A DNA stretch of 61,269 nucleotides, the filler included, from Sphacelaria rigidula (Eukaryota), in assembly GCA_964200075.2 (NCBI GenBank). It is 8 parts of 8 records of this genome, joined end to end, with 100 filler letters (N's around TTAATTAATTAA, not from the genome) between each part and the next. Parts side by side here need not be neighbours in the genome. Positions count along the whole stretch, not along the records: positions 46,030 to 53,599 come from CAXNAA020014293.1; positions 53,700 to 61,269 come from CAXNAA020014294.1; 6 more parts are not named here. The stretch is one strand, 5' to 3'. Below the pieces are notes generated by a model. The model had not been told where the DNA came from. It saw only the letters and a list, made by a program, of their open reading frames with translations, and did not search any database. Both the position numbers and the translations under genes were made by a program. Each line of letters opens with the position of its first letter. The stretch's first letter is position 1. Below are positions 47,390 to 58,609 of the stretch, piece after piece.

Positions 47390-47833
47390 GTAATCTACGT
47401 CGTCAACGTGAATTGAAGCCCCTGCGAATACACAAAACACTGCATGTGACACACCATGACACCCGCACGCTGAACACCACCTCCTGAATAACATCCCACG
47501 GGGATGGATTTTCGGCTATTTTCAGCAACTTGTTGGCACCTACAGCATTCTAAGGGGTTACGTTGTTCACCACCCGTCCCTGACTATCATACCCGTGGAC
47601 GATGACGTTTTGGGCCCCAAATATCCATCACCTGCGGGTGCTACGCTATGTCACACAGGGTGGGTGAAGGTTTGATTGATATTTTGATTTAACTGTCACA
47701 CATGAATGTTGACCCCATTCGGAACCCAGTCGTGATTTGGTGACACGATGGACATACCCTCGCCACGGGAAACTCGAGGAAGAGGAGAGACGACAAAGGA
47801 ATGCGATAACGAACAGAACGAGCTGAATAGAAA

Positions 47834-49163
47834 GGGGGCGGGGGGGGCGTACTCATTTGTTGCTTCCCTTTGTCGTTTGACCATTGACCACTATCCCTTC
47901 TGAGACGGAGCACCGTTCCAACCCCTACTAGAGCCGCCTTCAACATCCCGTGCTCATTACGTTTTTCCTTACATTGCACAAAACCTTTTACATATCTTAT
48001 CCCCGTCCTGTTTCGCCGTCTGTGGCCACCATCTATCTCCTAGTCATACCATCGTTTTCTCGCTACTGTCTAATGCATCAAGCGATTTCATACCATCTTC
48101 GTTCACGTCCCGCAATTCCCCCTCTAGCACGTCCAGTCCTTCCTTGTATAGTTCACACTCTGCCACTATATGACTTCTGCTCTCTATTCCTTTGCCACAG
48201 GAGCAGTTCTGTGCATCTGCTTCCTCCTCCACACGGCTACTGGTATATATTTTCCTTCTTTCTGGCAGTTCCAGGTGCCCAACCCGAAGTCGCAGTTTTA
48301 TTTTTTCGCAGCGTCCATTGGGCCATGCAGATATGTTTTCATCCCGATCCCCTCTCTTAACCCCCCGTGTATCTCCAGGTGTTCGTCCTCGTCTACGTTG
48401 CGTCTGAGCGCTCCTTTTCCCCTTATTTCTATCATTTCTCTTACTTTTGTCTTGTACCTCGCGCGTTCATCTATGGACAATATTTCGTGTCGGTTTCCGC
48501 CTATCTCCTTCCATGTTTTCTCTATTTCTTTCTCCCACCTCACTCCAGCCTTGCCTTTCGTACTTTTCTTCCATACAGCCCTATCAACTATAGCTGGCAA
48601 TCTCTTTCTTTCCATGATCTTTACGCTATATTGCCACCTCAATCTCCTCATGCCTCGCGTACATTCCCAAGTCTGCTCTCAACGCTGTATTACTCGTCGT
48701 TTCGGGCATCCCAGTATCTTGATAGTTTCTGCCATCTGTACTGTTTCCAACTTCTTCGCCAATTTCACGATCCCCTCTCATACTTCTCGTGCATATTCCA
48801 GCTCCGGTACGATCACGTTCATCAGGATACATTTCTTAACCCCAGTGTCTAGATGCGAGTCTCTGAGGACCATGACCATCATTCCAAATTGTGCCTTACC
48901 CTTTTCTGTTACTTTATTTATGTGTGCATCCCAAGAACAGTTTCTGGAAATCTCTACACCAAGGCATGTATAGTGGTCTACCGCGTATTTGTTAACATTC
49001 GCTGTCACTCTTCATTTCCTAGTGTATTTTATAGCCTTTTCCATTTGATTTTGCAAAATCCCCTCAAAATCATCTGCGAACATCAATCCTGATATCACAT
49101 CTCCACCCACCTTGAATCCTTGGTTTACTCCTTCTATCGCTACTATTAGGTCATTCATAAATA
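47834..49163 (-). mobile_element. 5'-truncated, degenerate LINE (reverse transcriptase C-half plus CCHC-like region)
   Basis: VFMNDL...GLMFADDF (RT catalytic motif), YTCLGVEI, WDAHINKV, IVPELEYA and CSCGKGIESRSHIVAEC, with several stops and frameshifts. The 3' end is GAGTACGCCCCCCC. Confidence 0.9.
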
Positions 49164-50078
49164 CCGTAAGTTGCTTTGTGATCGCACAGGGGTGCGATCG
49201 ATTTTTAAATGTTATCGAACTCGTTTTTTTTTCGCACAAGGGTGCGTTCTCACGACCCCTGTGCAAGATTCACGCCCCTGTGCGAAAATCGAGTCAAATC
49301 ATTTGGTACTGCTTTTCCATCGCACACCCTGTGCGATAACTCCGCGATGTGCGATATTGAGCAAATAATTTTGATGACACCAGGGTCTTTGAACGCACAC
49401 CCTGTGCGATAACCCCGCCATGTGCGATACTGAGTAAATCTTCGCCGGTATAAAGGAGCAATCTACAACAGTACTGCCGTAGGAACAAACTCTGAAGACG
49501 CCTGAAACGTAGCAAGCACACACGGGCACACAGCCACAACACGACAGCATCAAGCACACCGCACGAGCAAAAAACAATGCGGTGGGATTTTTCAAACCCC
49601 GCTAATCGGCGAATTACGGAAAAGGCAGCGAAATACGCGTGAATTCCCCGGTGCCAGTACGCGTTTGCTTTCGGGCTTCGTTCTTTCCGTCGGTGTTGGC
49701 GTTTGGTGAAAGGTTTCGGCTTTGGTGGTTTCATTCAAGGCACACGACGAGAACTGGAGTAAAATAAACTGAAAAAAGCACCACTCCGTGTTTTTTTTGT
49801 GTCCAAACAAGCCCCATGACGACCAGTGGAAGAAAGATCCAAATCGTGGCAACTCAGGCTGTCCGCCCCAACGATCCATCCGCGCGCACGCGTCCTCTCG
49901 CCCGGAAGGTGGCTCAGATGCATTTCATCCTTGAGATCGCACCCCTGTGCGAAAACAACGCCCCCTGTGCGAAAAAATAATTAAATCATTCCAAACCGTG
50001 TTTTTGATCGTACAGGGGTGCGTTCTCACGACCCCTGTGCGAGATTCACGCCCTGTGCGATCACAGAGCAACTTAGGG
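49164..50078. mobile_element. Non-autonomous pogo/Tc1-mariner-type element at or near the 5' end of the LINE remnant
   Basis: TA|CCGTAAGTTGCTTTGTGATCGCACAGGG...CCCTGTGCGATCACAGAGCAACTTAGGG|TA, with many internal CCCTGTGCGA / TCGCACAGGG motifs. Confidence 0.85.
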
Positions 50079-51070
50079 TAGATCCAATTTGAACGTGGGA
50101 GGTGTTATTCATCGTTGATTTTACCCACATCTGACCCTCTGGGTGCGCGACGAGAAGAGCGTGCCACACGCCACTTGAGGGGGGTGTATGAGAGATCAAA
50201 CACTTGTGGACCTTTTTGACATGCGGAGTGAAAAACTATGCGTATGGTGGTGACCTAACTGTTGCTAGCGTGGCGCATAGGAGTCCGTCCATGCTACAAT
50301 CTGGAGCACACGCTGGTCGCATGAACACCTCGGTACAGTACGAGTAGCTTTCCAGAATTATTCCGATGTGAGGAGATCATGCGTTACAAGCTGGGACGAG
50401 AGTGCTCTACGATCAACCACTTGTTGTTGCATTTGAGACCCACGCCATCAACCGCCGACAGCAAAGGTCTTGTGGCTTTCACGCAACGCTGTCGGTTGTA
50501 CGGCAGGCAAACCCAAGCATAGCTAGCTTTCGTTGCTCTACCGTACATACTCCCGACCGAAGTTCGCAACAGGTATGAAAGCTAAACAATTTGTTTTTTC
50601 TCAACTACATCCACACAATTGACACGACTCTCAATACCTCAGGGAGGACGGCTTCCCTGTCCCCCCGCCAGGTTTTAATGAACGACGGTAGAGTTTTTAC
50701 AAGCGCATACAAAACTAATGGGGGTACGGAGAGTTTCTTCTCCATGAAAATACGTGTTTTCCAACCTGCAAAGCGTTTCGTGCGCATTGTTTTCTAATAC
50801 GAACGGTAGTCTGTCGATTTCTATTGCGTTCTCCACGGACTGCTTGATGCCAATCCCAGAAAAATTTGGTATTGCTGTTCGACGGTATCCTCGCATGTTT
50901 ACCCGGACCCGAAGCGGCCACCTTCCCTCAGGTCTTGAGAGTCGTATATCCCAGTGGATTGCGATCGATGCTATTCGATATCAGTAAGATACACATCACA
51001 GGTTGAGCAAAAGGCTACAGAATATCTGTCACACTAGACGTCCAGATATGCGAGACGACAATCTAAACCA

Positions 51071-51829
51071 TTAAACCAAGGAACAACAAATACTCTGATT
51101 TTGGGAAACAACATGATAATAAACGCGCCTTAAAAAAACTACTTTAGGGCGGCCGCCGCAATTAAAAACAATCCACTCTATCGGAGCGCCATACCTATTA
51201 GAAGGGACGTCCTTCCTCTCCCCGCCGCTCCACGCTACGATGCCCGGTGGGAACCCCACCGCACCATCATTACCCCGCAGAAAATTCCCTTCCTTCAAGA
51301 AACCATCCAGCGCTTGGTCAACCGCCGCGATGGCCAGTGCTATGGGTCCCGGTTCCCGTGAAATGGTAACGACCTCGACATACTTGGGAACTTTTCTGTT
51401 GGTCCACGAGAATGTTCTGCCGCCACGGCGCACTTGCGAAACGCCCCTCACGCTGTTGTGGGCTCTACTCGCCACTGCGTCACCCGCGACTGGGCTGGTC
51501 GTTGCTGTTGTTGTTGCTATTGTCGTTTTTGCCGCTTTTGTTACCATGTTACTCCCGGTCGGGATCACAACAGCGCTGCTGCCACCAGTTGCAGCACCAA
51601 GTGCAGTTCCAGGGGTGGTGATGTCACCCTCGCCCCTTAATGTTACGGGAATTGTGGTAGGAATTACGTGTCCATCTGCGTTGATGACTACAGGCGTAGT
51701 AGAAGTTGCAAAATTTCGGCATTTCTCCGCGTCTGGAGCGCCGCTGTTGCTGTATTCATTGGAGGCCCCAACTCTTGCCCTTGGCGCTGATGACCGTGAC
51801 GAACTTGATGGGATATTGGGACCGAACAA
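51071..51829 (-). CDS. Long open frame, probable exon of an unknown protein
   Basis: 252 codons: a Thr/Ala-rich region followed by a globular-looking segment (KYVEVVTISREPGPIALAIAAVDQALDGFLKEG...IEWIVFNCGG). The antisense frame is also open. Splice sites are uncertain. Confidence 0.45.
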   Translation of the reverse strand: MFGPNIPSSSSRSSAPRARVGASNEYSNSGAPDAEKCRNFATSTTPVVINADGHVIPTTIPVTLRGEGDITTPGTALGAATGGSSAVVIPTGSNMVTKAAKTTIATTTATTSPVAGDAVASRAHNSVRGVSQVRRGGRTFSWTNRKVPKYVEVVTISREPGPIALAIAAVDQALDGFLKEGNFLRGNDGAVGFPPGIVAWSGGERKDVPSNRYGAPIEWIVFNCGGRPKVVFLRRVYYHVVSQNQSICCSLV

Positions 51830-52098
51830 CGCCGGGGCTCTGACAACTGATGACGATGGTTTTCCCGGAAACCCATTTCATGTCGTGAACAAGCGAATTC
51901 CGTTTCAGCGGTTTTGTTTTTTTAAGCGGCGGTTGCACGCACCGATGAACCGACGAACCGACGCGTACCGAGCAATACACGATTGGAGAAGAGGAAGCGC
52001 CGGGGTGGCAGCGGAAATATATGCGGATGGGCCGGCGCGAAAGCGTGCATGGTGGGGTAAGCGGTCAAATCAGCTTCGGGGCTCGTGGCGAAAAGTTC

Positions 52099-52356
52099 CA
52101 CGGTTCGAACGAATCATCACGGGTTCGAATCACTAAATCCACGATTTCTTCGGCCCGATTGCCCAAAAGGGAAAAAAATGTTGACCGCTGGTCGAAGGGG
52201 TATCCACGCAGCTCTTGCGCTATTCCACGTGTCTGGGCTGCGTGTACCTGGGATGCAACGCTGAAAACAAAGCCTAGGGATTGATTCGTACGGTACGAAT
52301 CAATCACTCTTAAGACAAATGATTTCCAGACGAATCATTGATTTGTCCGACCCTTG
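52099..52356 (-). mobile_element. hAT-type MITE (family B)
   Basis: CACGGTTCGAACGAATC...GATTTGTCCGACCCTTG with perfect 8-bp TSD AAAAGTTC. Confidence 0.9.
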
Positions 52357-52692
52357 AAAAGTTCTGCTACTGGTGTAGCGTAGCGTCTCGTGGCGTGAGG
52401 TCGTGGGTCAGAAGGGGTTGTGTGAAAGGAGCGCAAAGATAATTGTTTCCGCAGCAGTACGTAATCGTATTTCGCCGCTGTACATGTTGGACGAGGAGAC
52501 AGTGGGTGATCAACTCGAGGAAGCACAGGCTGCTGCAGTAGCTGTGGATAACGAGTCTATCTGCTGCGCACAAGCACAAGACTCTATCTCTACACATATG
52601 AGGGTACGGAGATTGTATAATACCTGCCGTGAAAACAAAACAAAACAGGACGAATGCGATTCGATATGCCTCCAGTGAGGATGGAATTAGTC

Positions 52693-52952
52693 CAAGGTTC
52701 GGACAAAAAATAGTTATTCGTCTGGAAATTACTTGGTATTAGTATAATTGATTCGAATCGTGCGAAACAATCCCCAGGCTTTGTTTCCAGCGTTGCAGCC
52801 CAGGTACACGCAGCCCAGACACGTGGAATGGCGCAAGAGTTGCGTGGATACCCTTTGGACCAGCGGTCAACTTTTTTCTCCCTTTTGGGCAATCAGGCCC
52901 AAGAAATGGTGGATTTCGTGATTCGTAGTTGTGATGATTCGTTCGAACCGTG
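52693..52952 (+). mobile_element. hAT-type MITE (family B)
   Basis: CAAGGTTCGGAC...GATTCGTTCGAACCGTG with flanks AATTAGTC / AATCAGTT. Confidence 0.85.
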
Positions 52953-53599
52953 AATCAGTTTCGCAGCTCACTCAATCTTGAGCATTATTATGGAGAAACG
53001 TGAGTTGCTGACGTTGTCGACTCGAAAATGATGATCTCAATGTACATTCGGTCATGGAGAACTAGTGAGCGAACTCGAGAACGGGTTTCCGGCAGCGAAC
53101 CGGGTCTGTCGTTGCCGTCTACTGACTGCGGCTTCGACTTATGTATCAGAAATCAGAGTGTCGTCGGTGTGTGGCGATGGGCGTTCGAAGACAACACAAG
53201 CGTTCACGACGATACCACGAAGCGGGCGCCACCTGGTAGAATGGCAAGATACACAGCGACTCGCTATGCAATACCCTGGAAAAATTGGTGTTGTGCATGT
53301 TTCGCCTACTCAGGTGTGTTGGATCACGGTAGCATATGGGGGACAGACAGATGCGTCTCGATATTTGTCACAATATGCGCAACAATGTACCCGACGCGCC
53401 CCCATGGTCTATGCGGTACATCTTAACGCTGGTCGCTGCGGAGTAGAAGGTTTGATTCCAAGTAGATCGATCCTTTTTACGGTTGTCTTCTTAGGGCCAT
53501 TATTAACGGGTTCTATTTTTCTATCATTATCCATCCATTATCGGAGAATGTCCAAGTTCTTCTCTTATATTATCATCATTATTAGTAGTAGGAGTATTA

Positions 53600-53699
53600 N
53601 NNNNNNNNNNNNNNNNNNNNNNNNNNNNNNNNNNNNNNNNNNNTTAATTAATTAANNNNNNNNNNNNNNNNNNNNNNNNNNNNNNNNNNNNNNNNNNNN
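53600..53699. other. Artificial contig spacer
   Basis: N44-TTAATTAATTAA-N44. Confidence 0.99.
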
Positions 53700-54018
53700 C
53701 TGACGGTTGGGTCGTGGATTCAATTCTTGCAGCGATCTGGGATTTTTTCTCACACCATGCCCAACAGTGGAGGGCGACTATGTCGTGGGTACACAAAATT
53801 TGACTGAACGGTCAACGAGGAAAAGGGACTGCGAAACCCCTCTCGCGATAAAAAATAGAGGCAAGCACCGCAGAAGGAAGGTGGAGTACTAAAAACAAAC
53901 AAAGAATAAGCTCCAGTGTTGAGCTCCCTCCTGTGTAACCCCGGCTGGTGCGCCCACATATACCGAAAGGTGTAGACCGGCGCCCAGAATAGATGGGATG
54001 ACAACACATAACACACAC
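53700..54018 (+). mobile_element. SINE family 1, head cut by contig start
   Basis: Colinear with 12029-12354, including AGAATAGATGGGA.GACAACACA and the CA-rich tail. Confidence 0.85.
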
Positions 54019-55182
54019 AATGAATTCAAAAACAAATAAAATAAATAAATAACGGCCGGCCGGTTTATTTCAAATCATAAGCCCTCTTCGGCATCAGCAG
54101 TTACAGTGTTGGTCCCGGTATAGGGCTGTCGGTCGGCAGCTCGGCATGACCGCACTACAGCATACTGTTATCCCGGACTATACAGCTGTAACACAATCAC
54201 TTGACATTAGTATCGCAGATCGGACTCGTGACAAGTGATTTTATCCGCACCATCGTGGGAACCCGCACTATAAAGGACCGTACTGTAATGGGGGGTCCTA
54301 CTGTATCAGGTGGTGCTCAGTGGAGGAAGACACATGATGCGGAGCGACGATGTGCCCCGGGGGTGACACGTGAGGTAGGCCACGCGAAGGCAACAAAACA
54401 CAACTACATGGATGGAAAGGTAAGGATAGAAAAGTGAACACCTTCTCACAACTCCTCCGTTCATGACGTGAGGGGTGAGTAGGTTTGCCGGGTTGAATCT
54501 CCAGTACGTTTTACCGCGATCGACTGGGAGATGTTGTGGAATCGACCGGAAGACTTCTTGACGTACTGCAGATGCGGCGGAATACTGCAAAAAAAACGGG
54601 TGGAGGACCCGGATATACCGTAGTGGGCGGTCCAACTATTTAGGGGGTTATTTTGGGTTTTCCTCGCGTATTACTCTTCGATATGAGTTGAAATTGCTAG
54701 CGTCGGTAGATTTTGGTACAATAAATAGATCATCCTCGAAACACAGTGCCCAAGTCAGTGTTAGTTGGTGTTATCGGGCGATACGAATAAATACCTCGTT
54801 TATCAGGAGGGTGCTATTGACCGTGAAACATAGTTTTTCGGCTGTGGTGCAATGAGTGGGTACAATTAAAAAAAACTGTAAATTTCTTCACAAATATGAT
54901 CGGGATAGGCTCGATCGACCGAAAATACCGAAGAGTAAGAATCTGGGCTTAGACGTGGCAGGACCCCCGATGACCGGTCAGCCCGTACGTAAGTCACTCA
55001 ATATTGAGCACATATGGTTTTATTTCTTCGAATGTGGAGCGGATACAAATATCTTCGAATCCCCAATGTGATAGACTGTGGCAAGCGAAAAGAGCCCAAG
55101 AAAATCGCCCATCACGAAAAAATAACAAAATGCAACGAAATGAATAGTTAGGCCGCCCACGACTGTGGATCAAAAACTGGTA

Positions 55183-55738
55183 CGAGCTGGGCCAGCTTAA
55201 AAGCCGCTAAAACTTGCTCGCACCACAGCTTATCCAGCTTCCCGAATGAACCCGATGTAAGCATATCACTGCGAAGTGCAGACCAACCTGGTAACACACG
55301 GCACCGCCGCTGAATGAAAAAAAACACTAAAAAAAGTGTACTGCATAATGTATGACCTTCGCGACGGACTGGAAAAGAAGAGAAGCTGTCGGGATTCGAA
55401 CTCATGACCTCCATAGTTGGAGTCTCCCATCACTTGATTTATAGGGGTGCAACAGCGTCACGGAAAATGTTGAACGTACGACCCAGTTCGACGACTCTTC
55501 AGCTGAAATCTCAGGAAGACCTTCTGCACCCAAAGAACTGATACTTCACGTGTCCAGCTACAGATTCTTCCATTTTTTCTGGACTTACGGCATTATCTCG
55601 TTTTGTCTTTGCTGGTTACGTGATCTTCTGCATTTCGATCATGAAAAGCTGCTGTCAAAATTTCAGCTTCCAAGTCCTTATATCGCGCCGTGCGTCGCCT
55701 GAGCGAGATTCACACCTACTCTTGGCTGGCCCGGCTCG
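55183..55738. mobile_element. Non-autonomous Tc1/mariner-type element (family D termini)
   Basis: TA|CGAGCTGGGCCAGCTTAA...TTGGCTGGCCCGGCTCG|TA. Confidence 0.7.
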
Positions 55739-55899
55739 TACTCGGTTGTGGAAGCCCGGTTCTTTTGTTAAAAAAAAAGCATCCTGGTTTTATCTTCAGC
55801 ATATTCCGGATACTGTACGTAGTAGTGAAAAAATATTTTTCGATATACCAACATTTTCGATCCCATTTTTTCTGTTCATTTTTTTGTTGTTGTCCTTTC

Positions 55900-55953
<54 letters not shown>

Positions 55954-56139
55954 CCACTGCGTTNCCCTTCCCTCCCTCTTTTTTTTTTTTTTTTTTTTTT
56001 TTTTCTTCCCCCCCCCCCCCCCCCCCCCCCCACCACCAAGCACCAGTAGGGGTACAGCAGGGTACGTGCTGGTGCAGACCTTGCAACGTAGGGACACAAC
56101 ATGCCAAGTACTGTGAACCTAGACATTACACCAGGACAG

Positions 56140-56519
56140 CCTACCGACCAGGAAGCCATGAAAGCGGTTCAGGTTTGGGGAACCGTGGAGGATCAGGATG
56201 ACGTCGTAAAGGCCATGCGAACGGACGCGGCGGAGGAACTCCCGGCCCTCTTGGATGGGACAGCCAATGGTAGGACTTGGGGGAGGAGGACGTGGAGGAC
56301 GAGGAGGATGGCGACGAGAGCACGGGGAGCAGGAATGGTGCCCCACCGCTCTACGGTGAACTCTCGTCTCACTTTGGCATCCTGGAGAGGGCAGCGCAGG
56401 ACAGTGGGAATGCAAGCGCAACCTTGTACCTGTCCAAAGCAAGGATGGAGATGATTGCAGCGTATGCCAACAAGCGAACGCGCCGAGTAGACTTGAGAGA
56501 GTTTTTGCCGACGGAATGA
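56140..56519 (+). pseudogene. Frameshifted C-terminal remnant, probably of a pogo/Tigger (CENP-B/DDE-1-like) transposase
   Basis: DQEAMKAVQVWGTVEDQDDVVKAMRTD..., an acidic tract, then PPLYGELSSHFGILERAAQDSGNASATLYLSKARMEMIAAYANKRTRRVDLREF*. This resembles the acidic linker and terminal Q..I..FF-type ending of pogo-family transposases. No DDE core was seen. Confidence 0.45.
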
Positions 56520-57229
56520 GGAGGGAGATGCGGGGGCTAATGCAAACCATAGGTGGTTTCTTTGGTGGTTGCTTTACTGATATTGTTTTCTATCGGGTAG
56601 CCCGTAGCATCTACGCCCGAGCACAGCCACGGGAGGAGTCGTGTCTAGTTTGCTGCATCGGTGTTTTTTTTTTCGAGGTCGTTTGTTTCTCTTTTTCCTT
56701 GTCTCGGTAGCCCGTAGGAAGTTAAAATGGGTGTGGTTCATTCTTTCTCGCTCACTCCTTTTGGTGGGCGGTGTACTCTTTCGTGAGTTATTTTCCACAC
56801 CAGACGCCGCACCTTCATAGCTGCGTTGGGTGCAGATGTGTCCTTGTTTTTATTGTCGGGAAGGTCTTTCGGCATGAGCAACTTCTGTGGCCGTACTTCT
56901 GCTGTTGTGCTAGTAGGGAAGGAAAAGATCAACCTGTGAACAGCAATCAATCCAGTTGAATGTGAAAAACAAAAAAACATCGGCTTTAGTTCTGCTACCC
57001 CGAAACCTTACGTGACGTATCCTATCGAAACCCCTTGAAACAAAGGTCCTCGTCCGTTTTGTGCTTCCGTTGGTCCCACGAAGGGCGAGCGTAGCACTGT
57101 ACGAACGGACGGTCGTCAGCACTGCCAGAACCGGCACTACTGAGGTATTCAGAGCCCTCCATTGCACCTGTTTTGGCACTGTTCAGAGTAGTGCCGGTGT
57201 CCGTGGTGGGCACATACCGGCACTACTGA

Positions 57230-57477
57230 GAGCCCCCGACTGTTTTTCTCTTCCTCCTTTTTCTGTTTTCGGTCGGCCATTTCTTTCTGTACTTTGCTTG
57301 TGATGACTTTTTTTCTTGTTACTATTTTTGTTACGACTTTGTCTGCTCTGTCGTTCTGGTCGACTTTTTTTTTCTTCTCTGTTCCTTCTTTTCTTCAGAG
57401 CGTGTTCCAGCTTCGTTTTGTTGGGTACGTCTATTATGAGACCACGGCTGGATCTCTGGGGGGTCAGTTAAAGTACG

Positions 57478-57508
<31 letters not shown>
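57230..57508 (+). mobile_element. Retroposon 3' UTR with (CAAT)n tail
   Basis: T-rich UTR, then GACCACGGCTGGATCTCTGGGGGGTCAGTTAAAGTACGA followed by CAAT x7. A related inverted copy lies at 22034-22140. Confidence 0.65.
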
Positions 57509-57509
<1 letters not shown>

Positions 57510-57834
57510 ATATGATTTCGTTCAAATGAAAAAATAATAAAACGCGCTTTTTGATTTTACGAGCCATCACCTACATATGTGTGTGGATTGGCCACACACA
57601 AGAGCAAACGAGAAGAGACAGCGCAACAAGTGAGTAAACACGACCTAGATATAGTAGGAACTCAAGAGTCATGGGAGAAAGAGAGGGTAGAAATAGTATG
57701 CAATGTTGAAAAGTACGCATAGATAGGGAAAAAGCGGAAGGTACAGAAGGGAAAGAGCAGGGGAGCGAGTGGATGGAATAAACATTCACACCCCTTAAAA
57801 AATATATTTACAAAGAAAAGATTAAAAAAATCAC

Positions 57835-57927
57835 CTTTTCCAAACTGTTGGGCATCTTGGTAGAGCGGGTGGGCAGGTCCCAGAGCACATGCAGTTCAGT
57901 GGGTGCAGGTGGAAGCTCATTCACCAC
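57835..57927 (-). CDS. thrC: Threonine synthase, near-terminal exon
   Basis: TTTATTCAG acceptor and AAG|GTGATT donor around 93 nt: VVNELPPAPTELHVLWDLPTRSTKMPNSLEK, fitting the C-terminal P..L..L...P.R....PND pattern. The final exon was not identified with confidence. Confidence 0.8.
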
Positions 57928-58370
57928 CTGAATAAATAAAAAAAAGACACGGCCAAGAAAACAAAACAGACGAATAAAAATATATATATATATACAAAAT
58001 AAAAAACAACACCACCAACATCGACAAAAATACCCAACACCTGACAGAACAAAAAAAATGGGAAAAAAGAAGAAAAAAAGAGTGACAAAAAAAAATAACG
58101 AGAAACCGTACTATACACATAATAATAATAATGATGAATAATGATTAGAGTAGTAGTAGTAGTAGTAGTAATGGTGCTGGTACCACCTATCTTTATCATT
58201 AATAATATTGCCATAATAACCATCATCAGTAGTATTAGTACTAGCATTAGTAGTCTTGTCATGGTATTTTCATCATGTATATATATATATATATATTTCA
58301 TCATCATCATCACCATCATAAGTATTTTGGTGTCCTGCTTGTATATATTTATTTCATAAGTTCTTCTCGC

Positions 58371-58609
58371 CTTCTTGACGGCATCCGGAAATTTCGCCGG
58401 GTGCGCCGTGGCCAGAACCACAGTACTAGATCCCTCCAACCCAAGCTGCACGGGAGCCGCGGCTCCCACCGAAGAGTGCGGGCACAAGAGGTAGCTCTGC
58501 TCGTCCCAGAACCGCTTGATTGTGCCCAGGTTCTCCTCGGTCTCGACTCTAGCCGATTTAAAAGTGTTCTGCGCCTGCTCTAGCAGCACTCCCTCGACCG
58601 TCAGCTTGC
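58371..58609 (-). CDS. thrC: Threonine synthase, internal exon
   Basis: TAG acceptor. The phase-1 join gives GKLTVEG...YLLCPHSSVG...TVVLATAHPAKFPDAVKK, where TAHPAKF is diagnostic. The exon ends at AAG|GCGAGA. Confidence 0.92.

Noticed and set aside
55620..56201. Poly-Pro / poly-Gly ORFs
   Set aside because: They derive from poly(C)/poly(T) runs containing an N, likely low-quality sequence.
57921..58370. Hydrophobic C-terminal extension of threonine synthase in the 238-aa ORF
   Set aside because: It is intron read-through across (ATG)n, (TA)n, (ACT)n and T-rich repeats. A proper downstream exon exists.
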